Source: Phoronis australis (taxonomy: Eukaryota > Animalia > Phoronida). Taken from it: DNA of 64,000 bases. Where the stretch lies: assembly GCA_002633005.1 (NCBI GenBank), contig NMRA01000853.1:1-64000 (forward strand), given 5' to 3'. Under the pieces are notes generated by a model. That model was not told the origin of the DNA. It ran no database searches and saw nothing but the letters and a program-made list of their open reading frames with translations. This document shows positions 1 through 13,500 of this stretch, one piece after another; position 1 is the first letter of the stretch, and every line of letters starts with the position of its first letter. A program made the position numbers and the translations under genes.

Positions 1-1706
1 TGGGATATTGATCTAGTTTGTGTTCCCCAACACCATGTCACGGTGTCAAAGGTCAACTTTTCGCGGATTTTTTTTAGTTTTCGCTTTTTAACGTAACTAC
101 AGACACAATAACATGATAACTGGAAGAAGATATATCCAACTAACAATATCTTGAAAATATTATTACAATTTAACATACTTAGACCTTGCAATTTACACTT
201 TAACCACTGAGCTATTCAGCAGCTGACTTCATTTTGAAAAACATGAAAATGAGGACGCATAATAGTCGCTTGTTCAATAAACCGCATTTCAACGACATTG
301 ATTACGCTGTGAACAATAAGACGTAAAATTTCAATAAAAACGATATCTTTAATTCAGTAAAATTTATCTGTCATTTTCTCTCACTTGAATCTTTGACTTG
401 GACATTATACTCAGTAACCAGTGATAACTTACTTTAACATACATTTTTAGGCTGGAAGCTTAGCATGATAAGATGTGTAGCAGGCTAGCCTATTTGCTTC
501 AACCTTATAGATTCACTTTACTTCTATTTTGCTTAAATTTTCAACAGATTTTAAGTAAAAACAATATTCTAACTAGAATGGCTCGGCGTTTCTTAAAGGT
601 CACGACCTCCCACCCCGGGCATCTGACATAGAAAAAGTAGTTCCAAAGCTGAGGGGACTTGAGAAAGGCAGACCTATTCATTGCCATGTTTATCGTTCAG
701 TATTTGATAAAATAGAATATTTCATGTTCTCAGTCCTTAATCCCCCTTATCTAATGCCCTCGTGGATTTCGAGGGGCACCCCCTCGGGTAATAATTCTCC
801 AAAATCCATTCGGGCTCTAGATTACCGAAGATAACGACTTCACTATGTAATAATTTATATTTAACCGATTTTAATACTGACGTTCGTCTTTTTATTTTAT
901 GCAACTTTACCTTACCGTTTAACAATTGGTAACGGAACAACATTTTACACCTATTTTATTTTATGTATTATTAATTGGGTCACGTGACCATGTCTTTTTA
1001 GTAAAATTGAGCAAAAAGGTACATGGATAACTAACCAATGATATTAACAACATAATAACATTTTCTTTCACTGAGATTTTGAAAATGTTGCGGTAAATTT
1101 CTAAAATACCATTTCGGGTTTATTTTATGAAATTTTAAGTGTTTTTTAATGAAAATCACAAAGGTCTTATTTTTGATAGCCCCTATTGCAAAAGGGAAAC
1201 ATTTTAAAAACAATTGCTAACAATGTTTTGGACAATAGTACATAAAACATGGTATCTGAAACTTTCGTTCGAATCAGTCCAATTGACCGTTTCTGAGATA
1301 TGACGTTCCGAATTTAGCCGAAGGTCCTACATTGTACATCACATTAAATACGCTTAAATTACTCTGCCATTTATCGAGTGGAATTTTAGCTCAACAACAG
1401 TGTGCGCAGAGTGGCTGCGTCCGCAAAGATTCCCAGTTTGGATCCGCGCTCAGAAAACAGCTTTTCTCGCTTACGTCACTCACTATTGATGTCGCTTGTG
1501 CGTTGGTCTCTCATGGGGATCCAACGCAATGAATCCAGTGAGGTTGCTCAGGTATTCACATTTAACGACTTTCCAACATTGAAAGAATTTGACAAAAAGT
1601 GGGTTACATAAAGATAAGCGAGGACAAAGGCAGCCATATTAGTTACCGATCAAACACATGCGCACTTACATGTATGTGAAAGCGGCTATAAACCCATCTT
1701 CCATAG

Positions 1707-4700
1707 TAGACCGGCAGCCCAGAGCACTTAGCATAGATGAACGAGGTACCAACATCTGACCACGGGAGCATTTAAAGTCCACCTCAGTATGTACAGAAAT
1801 GGACGTCTGTCGTTGTCTGCACTCTGGGTGTGACCCCCTGGGGGCCTTACAAAGACCCCAAAAAATGAGCTAGACCAAAACTGATTTAAAACGAACAATA
1901 GTACGGCACTGAACACCGAATGACCCATGACAGACAAATTGCACTCTGGAATGGGTCCGGCAGAAACCAAAAAAGGACCCCCTGAAAAATGAGCTAGCAC
2001 ATACATTCGAGGTACCACTCAAAATCAATTCCATGTGATTCAATACATGTCACAGATCACTAAAACACCTAAAGTGTATGACAGACAAAATACACTCTGG
2101 GTTGTGCCCGGCAGAAACACCCAAAAATCTCAACCATGGTATGCCATCAAAAATTTGAGCTAGACTAGATTTTCGAGGTACCGGCCAAAACTGATTTTAA
2201 ACGAACAATAGTACCGCACTGAACACCAAATGACCCATGACAGACAAATTGCACTCTGGAATGGGTCCGGCAACCAAAAAAGGACCCCCAAAAATGAGCT
2301 AGCACATACATTCGAGGTACCACACAAAACCAATTCCATATGATTCAATACATTTCACAGATCACTAAATGCCCTATGACAGACAAGTTACACTCTGGAT
2401 TGTGCCCGGCAGAAAACCCCAAAAATCTCAACCATTGTATGCCATCAAAAAATTGAGCTATACTAGATTTTCGAAGTACGGGCCAAAACTGATTTTAAAC
2501 AAACAATAGTACCACACTGAGCTCCAAATGACCCATGACAGACAAATTGTACTCTGGAATGGGTCCGGCAGAAACCAAAAAAGGACCCTCAAAAATGAGC
2601 TAGCACATACATTCGAGGTACCACACAAAACAGACGTGTTTTTAAAAACCTTCTTTAATCAAAATAAACTACATGAAATAGAGCAACACTTTCAAAACAG
2701 CATAGTAACAGATAGTCAAAATCACTGTATCGACAAGAACATCAAGCTACATACTATATGTTTAATGTTTAGTTTCCTGTTAGTTTTTAATACGTTTCAA
2801 TATCAGATTCGTCACGGCTACTCCAGCTTGATTCGGGCTCGCTTGTTTCGTCATAGCCCATTTCCTTTTACCTCTTGATCGGCTTGGTTTTCTTGTAAAA
2901 GACCAGCACCTTCAAAAAGGACATCAGGAACGGCAGATCCACAAAACCATTTGGGAGTGTAGTATCCATCTTGTACCTTCCAACCGTAGGTAAGAGGATC
3001 CAAACCGTTTCCCGGATCGGCCGAATCCACTTGACCTCAGAGCAAGGCAACATGATGGGCTCGTTTGAGCTTGTTCAATAATGTTTTTCTGCAAGGAGGA
3101 AGCAATGCGCAGTCAATCTTCTTGATGTTGGACATCGGAGAAAATTTTATTGACGAGGGACCAATTGTCTAAAAGCTGACGAACAAAAACATAAAACCCA
3201 TGCGCGCACCCAGCCTCTAGTTTTGGGGGGGCTCGAATTTCTGACCAAGTGGACCTATTTCTAACAGAAAAGCTGGAGGACTAAAAAAAACGGGGTACCA
3301 CCTTCAGTACTGTGAACTGTGCGTCTNCCACCATTTACTGTTTTTTGACGTGAAACTGGGCATTTTGGTTTAACACTATGAAAACATTTGAAATTATTTT
3401 CGTTGCTTTTATGAACTATATTTTATCAATTACAGTTATTACCTTGTTCATTTTTCCGGTCATCTCAATTAATTTCAGATATCGACGCTTCATTGACATC
3501 TTTGACTCCTCCCTTCATTAAATAGGAGACATATGTATTCTTCTAAATTTCTTTCGTCTTATTAACTCTGAGAAGAAGGTGATAAGTGTCCCAGAGGAGT
3601 CTTTCATCAGGATTTCCAGAGGCCTCACTTTTCCTGCTGCTGTGACGTCACACCCTGTCATTGCATGCAATTTTCAGGCAATGCTGCACCGAGAACCCTT
3701 GTTACCGAAACACATCGTTGTTTATATATTTATTTAAATAGCATTGGGACTCCACCGCGTGGCTGCGCACCAAATTAGGGGTGATTTGTATTTTATCACG
3801 GAAGACATTATGTCGGCCATCGACAAATGACTCCGCGAAACAAAAACATTGCAAACACTATACACTACACTGAATTTCGACATCATGTAAAAATTTCTTC
3901 AAAAAGTTACCACTAGGCGAGTTAACTGTCTTACATCTCGACACCCGTCTGCTTTTCGCTTGTAGTGATCATGAGAGTAAACACAGGCTTTAGTGAACGA
4001 AAGTTTTTTATAATTAGTTTTTGTTTCCTGCGGTCCCGCTTTTTGCAATTAACTCATTAAATGCACAACTTTTGTCACCAATTGTGTACTTCGATTTTCG
4101 TGTAGCAATTTTTAATATCTTGTTGTCCAGTTGTTTGGATTTCCCACCCGAGTACTTGAATTAGCAGGGGAAAACTGAACGATTGTACCTCCATTTTTAA
4201 GGTCCTTTCTGGGTTTTTGGTAGACTATTTCCGAGTATAATTTGTCTTTCACGGGTCATTGAGTTTTCAGTGCAGCACGATTGTTGGTTTTAAATCAGTT
4301 TGAGCCGATACCTTGAAAATCTAACTGTCTTAAAAATGGCAAACCGTGTTTGAGATTTTTGAGGGTTTCTGCCAGGCACAATCCAGAGTGTATTTTGTCT
4401 GCCGGTCATAGGGCATTTAGTGACCTGTGACACGTAATGTATTGAATCTCATGTAATTGTTTTTTTGTGGTATGTCGAATGTATGTGCTAGCTCATTTTT
4501 GGGGGGGTCTTTTTTGGTTTCTGCCGGACCCATTCCAGAGTGCATTTTGTCTGTCATGGGTCATTCAATGTTCAGTGCGGTACTATTGTTCGTTTTAAAT
4601 CAGTTTTGGCCGGTACCTCGAAAATCTAGTTTAGATCAAATTTTGATGGCATACCGTGGTTGAGATTTTTGGGGGTTTCTGCCGGGCACAACCCAGAGTG

Positions 4701-5078
4701 TATTTTGTCTGTCATAGGGGTTTTAGTTATCTGTGACGTGTATTGAATCATATGGAATTGGTTTTGTTTGGTACCTCGATTGTATATGCTAGCTCATTTT
4801 GGGGGTCCTTTTTGTTTTCTGCCGGGCAAATTCCAGAGTACAATTTGTCTGTCATGGGTCATTTGGTGTTCAGTGCGGTACTATTATTCGTTTTAAATCA
4901 GTTTTGGTTGGTACCTCGAATATCTAGTCTAGCTCATTTTTTGGGCTGTTTGTAAGGCCCCCAGGGGTCACACCCAGAGTGCACACAACGGCAGACGTCC
5001 ATTTCTGTACATACTGTGGTGGACTTTAAATGCTCCCGTGGTCAGATGTTGGTACCTCGTTCATCTATGCTAAGTGCT
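1707..5078 (-). mobile_element. Academ-type DNA transposon, non-autonomous, long TIRs built from tandem subunits, with decayed transposase/XPG-domain remnant
   Basis: Starts TAGACCGGCAGCCCAGAGC; 1707-2630 is inverted relative to about 4200-5078. Internal minus-strand remnants LHAMTGCDVT (about 3650) and DCALLPPCRKTLLNKLKRAHHVA...YGW...PKW (2900-3130). Right terminus truncated. Confidence 0.65.
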
Positions 5079-6398
5079 AAGAGTTCAATAATTAATCCCG
5101 GTGATTAACATTATACGGCCGAAACAAGATTTTGACAATATGTGGAGTTTTAGTTTGTGTGCGCGTGTACGGGGGGGGGGTCTCAGACCAGATTTCAAGT
5201 GTCTGATTCAGACAAACAGCAACTATGGCTAAGTAACGCCGCTCCCAGTCGTTACGTGCGTGGTATCCCAGGCGACCGGTACTGGCGCTGCCCACTACCA
5301 GTCCGATTTCGTCGTCTGGTCCACTGTGGAGTGTAGGGAATTTCTTCAGTTTTTCAAAGAAAACAGAAACTGAGTGACGATGAATAAACAGAAGGTGCTG
5401 GTCAGATGTAAACTTCAATCGAAGCTTCAGTGAATCAGTCAGAAACTCATAAATTCTTGGCTTTGTTAAACATTAAAATTAGGACGATTTGCAAAGCAAG
5501 CGAGTGCCAGTTAACGCCAACACGAAAAATAGACTTGGTCTTTTCGGCAACCTAAGACTGTTTTAAACACAACTTTTGCAACAAACTAGTTGCACAAAAC
5601 ATAAAACGTGCAATAGACATTACAGGAACGAGTGGGTTCGCATGTGAACTGTGTGGACCATAAACAAGTATGTCTCTTAACACTGTGGTTTAGTTATGAA
5701 GCGTGGTGGTGTAATGGAGGTCAAGTGTGCGCTCTTTGACCAAAAGTTCGAGTCCATCAAGTTCATGATTTACCATTGTTGAGTCACTCTCGGCGATACC
5801 GCGGTTTTTAAATGCTTTAAAACAAGAATTGTAGTTTATTTAAAAAATCTTCTTCGTCATTTGAGTGTGCGTCATGACCACATAAATTATGTCCCTGCTT
5901 GTGTATCTTTTCACCATCGGGACAAAAAAGATACGAAAAGCAGGTGAAAGTCAAGAATCACGGAAGTTTTTTATTCCGGGCAACTTATCGAATTGAAAAC
6001 TTGCCACGCAGCGATGTCCAATTCCAGAATGCGATCTGGGTCGTAAGATTTAGCCGCGCTAGTCACAAAGATCGACCTGGCAACAGAAACGGTTGATTAC
6101 ACTCCAGAAATCAAGGAAATGCTCGTTTTCAGAGGCGAAAACTAAATTTTCCCCAGGCGGAAGGGAAACCCCCCCTCCCGACCTCCCCGTATGCGTCGTT
6201 ACGAGCCTCTACTATCAGTTGCATTCTATGCACGATTGTCAACGAGACAAAATGTTGGGTCCCTGTCTGGATCCGCAACTAGAAGACCAAACTGAGACCA
6301 ATTTTATGTTATAATTCTGAAATTTGGTTCTTGGACGGAAGGCGGATATATAGCCAATTTAAGTAACAAGCAGGAATGCATTAAGTTTTGTTACTTAC

Positions 6399-7574
6399 CA
6401 AGTGTCGAGATCGATTTTGACAGTTGTCCTACAGTGAGGTCTAACGCTTTGTTGGATGCGTTTACTATAGCATCCACCTCATGAGATGTTATGTCTCCTT
6501 GAAACAGCTTGAACGATACCTTGTTATGATCTACTTTGCTAATGAAGCGGGGAATGTTTTGAGAATCTGCGACCGCCGCCTGGCCATACAGTTCCACAAT
6601 ACTCTTTGTCTTTTTCTCTATGTTAGACCTTTGCTGGAAAAAAAAACTTATGTCGGCTTGCTGAACCACGTGACTTATGGATATTATTTTTGACCGAGCT
6701 TCTTGAATCACCTGGCACGCATGTTGCAACCCTTCTCTTGTTCCCCAGATTGAAAAGCTTGTTTTTGAAGGAACATGCAAAATCTCCACAAAGCAATTCT
6801 TGAGAGACGCTTGTATCTGCTCCATATAATTTTCAATCATATAACGGAACTGTCCTTTGCTATCCATTGCAATGTGTTGTTCTAGAACCGTGTGATTTTC
6901 GACAAAGGACCGACTCTCTTTAACAACATCTTGAATGACTGGGGTCGTCGCTGTAATCTCTATAGATGTATGATCTTCATTTTCCTTCATATTCAAATAA
7001 CCAGAATACTGTTCACACTGTGAGTTCTTGAAGTCCAACCACTCATTACTTCTAAAAATCTTTCTCGACGAAGTCGGTATAGAGACCCTTTCAGCTTGAA
7101 GCTCGTTCACCAATAAGGATGCAGCCTGCTTTGCCTGGTTCATGTCGGCTGAAAATAACATCACGTTATTATTTCCTTCATCAACCTCCCAAACAGCAAC
7201 GATAGCGTTGTCTTTGTATCGAGACGCCATGTACTCTGCACACTCTTTGGTGGTTAGAAGTTTAATCTTTTCTGAAGATAAATGTACCATTTTTGACGCA
7301 AGACTTTGAAGCATCCTGATCATGTCTTGTTTGGCAGAGATCACTGACTGTTGCTCTCCAGTAAAGAACACAGTGGAATTTTCAACTTCACTTCGGAAAT
7401 GACACGTCGTGATTGATTTATCGAAACTCGTCTGATGAAGGTATCGCATCTGATGGTCCTTCAGCTTGTAACTCATAGTGACCTGGCCATTAGCCAAATG
7501 CTCTGCTGCAGTATCGGGTCCAGAATGCACGACTGACATTTTCTCGTCACTGTTTTCTTCGGATTCCATGTGAT
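6399..7574 (-). CDS. Exon 9 (1176 nt): PARP14/PARP9-like KH-repeat-like region plus N-terminal part of a macrodomain
   Basis: Long open exon (ORF track 6391..7569) ending VSFKLFQGDITSHEVDAIVNASNKALDLTVGQLSKSISTLG; acceptor tttcag, donor G|GTAAGT. No further exon found in 1-6398. Confidence 0.85.
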
Positions 7575-10500
7575 CTGAAATTACAAAATATATTTCTGTT
7601 CCGCATGAACGCGACTAAACTTCATGTTGAATACAAAAGGTCACGCCACATCATTTGTTCTCTTTCGATTAGCGCTGTGTTGCATAAAAATACAAAATTT
7701 ATCCGCTGGTGTTCAGAAATGTCATTATTGATGACCAATTAATTAGTTAATCGTTAAATTTTGCTGAAACTGAAACGTGTTGGATGATGTAGGAGCTGTG
7801 ATAGCTGTGACACGTGGTCGCTGGGCAATGACAGAGAGTACAAGTAGCTAAAACCATAGCTGACTCGCTAGTGGCCTTTGATTCTTTTCCACCTTCCAAC
7901 CTATGCCTATGCAAAAGTGTAAACATTTTGACCTTTGGGTTACCTTTTAAAAAGCTCGCGCTGTGACTCATGAAATGTAAACCTTAATAAACAATTAATA
8001 AAATATTTATGACTTTGAACTATACAATTGCACATGATAATTCGAGGCATTTTATGCCGATGTCCTCATGGGGTTAAGGCAAAAAGAAACGAAGTTAGAA
8101 AGAAATGAGTTAAGACGGCAATAGAGTGATGAAATGAGTATGAATAGCTGAATGAAATGGACATTCACGGCGAAAACGAGGTGAAATGACTGACTAAGCT
8201 ACGTTAAAAACTATTGGGACTATCAATTTCCTTCAGCACATCAGAAAGGACATGGCATTATCCCACACTAGTGATTTTGAAAATGAACTGTTTTCTTCCT
8301 TAGCAAGAAAATCTAGTCACTTTCAGTGCCTCTCTCGGATAAGCAAAATCCTGGAAACAAAGAAATCAACCGAGGAAATATCAAAATGTGACTAAGTCCC
8401 AGAAAAGAGCTCCCAGAGGGTCTTTTGGAAAAGTGACGAAGCTCAATCGGAAATTTGTAATGCCTTCATTCAGACACCTGCTTTTAAGGTATGTTGTAAG
8501 AGTACGTTTTAGTCTATTAGCAGTTTGCATGCAATTGGCTGCTACAAGAAAATTCTGACGAGATTTCTGTTAACAAGTGATCAGCTTCACATGGGTCTCT
8601 AATGCGGTGTGTGCATTGCGTTGGTGTCGCCTTATAGCTACAGATGTCTGTGAAAGAAATTCAAAAAGCAGCGAAACTACGTACTGTAGAGTTTCATGCT
8701 CAACGTTTCGATTTAATCGCTGTTGAGTGTACATTGTAGTAAATCTCGTAGGTTGTCTATGCATCTGCAAAATGATTCCATTAAGGACCACTTTCACGCA
8801 CTCCACAAAAAAATGACCCATTCCGACATCGTCGACAATACCATCGTTAGGTATTTCGAACAGGATAACTTTCGTCTGAAAATTCTCGAAGCATTAATAA
8901 TGAAAAGTGAAACTCCTGGCAAATCACATCCTATAGGCCTATGTATATACTTGCGCGTTAGGTTACAAGTTAGCTCTAGTAAAAGAACAGTTTTAAATGT
9001 AATAATTTCTAACTTAAAAAAGGTAACAAAGATGAAAACAGCTGTAATTGTGCATAGAACTTGTAACATTTCCTGAAAATAGTTGAATAACAACAATATT
9101 TGATATTGCATTTAGCGAGGAATTAGAGCCTGAGTTGAAGACGATATAATTTTCAGCAATTGAAAACTGAGACACTAAGTGTTATATAATTAACAGTTTT
9201 GTATCAGATGTTAACTTTGGGACCTGCTAATGCATGTCGAGTGTTATTTATACTGCTGCAGTTGTATTACTTTAAACTATATTCGGAAAGTTTGATGATC
9301 GAACCGGCTAAAGACTTCGAGTCTTTGAACTTTCTATGTCAGAGGGCACTATTGAAGTAATGCGGGAGGTGAATACTGACGGAAAACAATATCACATGAC
9401 CGTATTGCACTCGACTGATTCAAAGCGTATGGGATAATTTTTAAACTTTTACATTTTCTTCAAGAAATTATAAGTGGCTTGGGAAGTAAGTTTTTCATTT
9501 GAGCGGAAATATGCAGAGTGGAAAGATGTTTTCTAAAAACTTGGCTAATTCCCTTTAAGCATGAACTGGTCATGGTTATGAAAGGTATTCTATTATTAGT
9601 ATTTAGGACTTTCGTTTAAGTTCTTAAAGATTCATCTCTTGTGATTGGGCGAACTTTGTAGAACTGTTTGCGTACAAGATGCAAGGGGAATTGGCGCTGA
9701 AGTAAGTAATGCTTGAGTTCTTTTAACCGATTATTAAAGGCAGTTTCTTCTGAACACTAATGCGACGAATTCTAAGTGCAAGGCTCTATGGAAGGCTTTC
9801 CTTACAGTGAAAGTGGTGACATGAGTGATATGACAGATATTGGTATTTGTCTGTTCCTTTACGGAATAAGTCTGTACTCTGAACACCCAAGACCTTCCAG
9901 AAAAAAATCTGAAATAGATATTGACTTCAACAAATCACGGTGGATATTGGCTCAGTTTGGACAGGCCAAATTGGTATCACCCGGTACCTTCGACTGAAGA
10001 GCCAGAAGATTGAAGTGTCACAAATGGAGTTAAATGACCCAACTTTGCTTTAATAGTGCTCGCCATATACAAATATTATATATGTTATCGTAATTAATCA
10101 TAGTTTGTAGTTAAGGTGAATCCAGTGGCGTAGCGATAGACCGGTAGCCCAGAGCACTTAGCATAGATGAACGAGATACCAACATCTGACCATAGGAGCA
10201 CTTAAAGTCTACCTCAGTATATACGGAAATGGACGTCTGACGTTATCTGCACTCTGGGTGTCTCCCCTGGGCAGGGACGGATCCAGGATTTTGAGTTAGG
10301 GGGGCAGGGCATAGGAATAACCAGAATTTCGGCAGATGCATGCGCCCAGCTTAAAATTTGGGGATGCAAGAGTCTCAAATTTTTGGGTTCGTGGACTTGT
10401 TGACTAAAAAAAAAGTAACGGGGTTGTTCACTAGGGCCTATGCATCGTTTATTCACCCCGAGTTCCCCTGGTTGCGCGCATCTGCTAATCAGCAATTAGC

Positions 10501-13500
10501 ACCCGAACTTCTAAATGGTATCTGGTAGAATTTTAGGGGGGGGGCATGTCCCCTTTGCCCCCCCCTAAATCCGCCACTGCTGGGGACCTTTAAAAGGGGC
10601 CAAAAGATGAGCTAGACTAGATATTCGAGGTACCGGCCAAATTGATTTGAAACGGACAATTGTACTGCACTGAACACCGAATGACCCAGGAGAGACAAAT
10701 TGTCCTCTGACCCCCAAAATGAACTAGCTATTACATTCGAGGTATCACAAGAAACAATTCCATGTGATTCAATTCATGTTACTGATCACTAAATGCCCTA
10801 TGACAGAAAAATACACTATGGGTTGTGCCCGCCAGAAATCCCCAAAAATGTCGATCACCCTATGCCATTGGAAATTTGAGCTAGATTAGATATTCGAGAT
10901 AATAGCTAAAAAACTGATTTAAAACGAACAATAGTAACGCAATGAACACTGAATGCCCAATTTCAGACAAATTGCAGTCTAGAAAGGGTCCGCTAGAAAC
11001 CCAAAAATGACCCCCTCCCCAAAAAAAATGATCTAGCTCATACATTCGAGGTGCCAAAAAAACAATTCCATGTAAATGAGTACGTGTCACTGGTCATTAA
11101 ATGACAGAAAAAATACACTTTGGGTTGTGCCCGCCAGAAATCCCCCAAAAATGTCAACCACTGTAATTGCTATTGAAAGTTTGAGCTACATCAGATATTC
11201 GAGGTACCGGCTAAAACTGACTTAAAATCAACAGTGTGTGCCGCAATGAACACCGAATGACACAGGACCGACAAATTCTCCTCTGGAAAGAGTCCACCAG
11301 AAAATCAAAAACGACTCCCAAAAAGGAGCTAACTCTTACATTTGAGGTACCACAATAAACAACTCGATGTTATTAAAATAGAAGTTACTAGTTACTGAGT
11401 GGCCTGTGATAGACAAAACCCACTCTGGGTTGTGCGGGCCAGCCTCAGAAGTCTCAACCACGTAATTCTGTTGAAACTGTGATATATTTGACAGAAGATC
11501 CCGGTTAAGTTTTCGTAGAATCAAGAATTGCGACATGGAAGGTGTTGTAATCATGTGCTTTGTTTACATTTCATGGCGATTACTTGTATTTCCGTAACTC
11601 TTTCGCGTCTACTGAACTCTCTCCTTGCTTAAAATTGATAATGACGACACACTGAGTGCCAACTGGATGGTGGTGAAAAATAAGCATCTTGGAAAATACC
11701 TAATAACATTGAAACTTTGGGATACCAGGAACTGTTAAAATCCAACCCATTAAATGATGATTAAGACTGCAGTTACTGCAGCATAATGAGCTATCAAAAC
11801 TGTCCCGTTTTATCCCTAATAGCCGAGCGGCAAAATATGGCTCTATATCACGTGGGAAATTACAATAGTATATGGAAGTATATCGATTTAGCCGTGCGAC
11901 AAAAAGCGAGACATTTAAATGGTGTGGCGCAATGGCTGAAAATTTTTAAAAAGTGGGACAGTCCGCAAAAAGCGGGGCAAATGGCAAATACACAGTATGC
12001 TGTGAGCCACACGAAGTACTGGTTTGGGTTCTTATCAAGGTCAACTTTTTATTTTTTCAAAATCTTATTTCACGGATGTAGTCAAGTCCTACAGGTAACA
12101 GAAGTTATAGGTAAATACTACAGAATAACAAAGTTACTTAAACACACCATTTTTAGGGCCTAAACTTTTCATTTAGGGCGAATGTAACTTCTTTCCGTAA
12201 AACAACTTAGCACGAATTTAACAGTCAAAATTGTCTTGTTGAAAAACTCTAGGTATGCAGAACGGGACATTTTGGCAACCTTCCACCTACAAGAATGGCA
12301 GAAAGACCTATATGGACCATTTCTTGGGGAGAAAAGACTTGTTGTCTGACATGGCGGCAACTGTATTCGCCTTTTTTAAAGTGGTACAATGGCAGCTGAT
12401 CATCCACCGGATTCTCATGGTTCCCATGAAGAGGTCGACAGGTTCCCATGAAGAGATCGACACGCTTCTTACCTTCCACTTAGCCGACTCAAATGGCAAT
12501 GCATTAATCAGGGCCTCTGACACGGATATCATTTTAATTATTGGGTGTCTGTTGAAAGCTTTGTGATGACTACTCCTAGTTTATTTTGATTAAAGATTTT
12601 TTAACACATCTGATGATTTTCCTTAAAATCATTGTTTAGTAGTCAATGTCATGTGTTGTTGCTGAAGTATATTTCCTGCTGACAGTCTCGATAGCTCATT
12701 ATACTACACTAGCTGCAGTCTCAATCATCACTTAATGTTTTTGACCGTTCCTGATATCCCAGAAGTTTTAGTGTTATCAGGGATTTTCCAAATGTTTACT
12801 TTCTGCCATCATCCATTGGGCACTCAGTGTTACCCTATAATTAATTTTAAGCAATGAGAGAGTTCAGTAGACGCCAAAGTATTACGGAAATACAAGAATT
12901 CGCCAAACTAAGCACGTGATCACAACACCTTTCTTATCGAAATTCTTGATTCTACAAAACTCAACCAAGTTTTAAGCGGGATCTTCATTATCTAATTATG
13001 ATATCACAAATTTTCAACAGAATTAAGCGGTTGAACTTTATGGGGCTCGCAGGCAAACCCAGAATGGGCTTTTGGCTGTCACAGGCCATTTAGAAAGCAG
13101 ATGAATTACTTCTATTTGAATCACATGGAATTGTTTATTGTGGTACCTCGAATATATGAGCTAGCTCATTTTGGACGTCGTTTTTGAGTGTCTGTCGGAA
13201 CATTTCCAGAGTGCAATTTGTCTGTCATGGATCATTTGGTGTTCATTGCGGTACTATTTTTTTGTTTTAAATTAGTTTTAGGTATCTCGAATATCTAGTC
13301 TAGCTCAAATTTTCTATGACATACCGTCATGGACATGTCATGGATCATTCGGTGTTCAGTGCAGTACTATTGTCAGTTTTAAATCAGTTTTGGCCAGTTC
13401 CTTGAATATCTAATCTAGGTCATTTTTGGTCCCCTTATAAGGTCACCAGGGGTCACACCCAGAGTGCAGACAACGGCAGACTTCCATTTCTGTATATACT

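Noticed and set aside
1860-2630. Regularly recurring units resembling a CRISPR array (also 4200-4950, 10600-11350)
   Set aside because: Whole units are diverged tandem copies without unique spacers, sit inside transposon TIRs, and the context is eukaryotic with no cas genes.
1-6398. Downstream macrodomain or PARP exons of the kinase fusion gene
   Set aside because: No phase-1 exon with macrodomain continuation found by eye; coding-like stretches at 2870-3700 are transposase remnants.
6391-7569. Stand-alone 392-aa single-exon gene
   Set aside because: Flanked by a splice acceptor at 7575-7577 and a GTAAGT donor at 6398, and it ends mid-macrodomain, so it is an internal exon.
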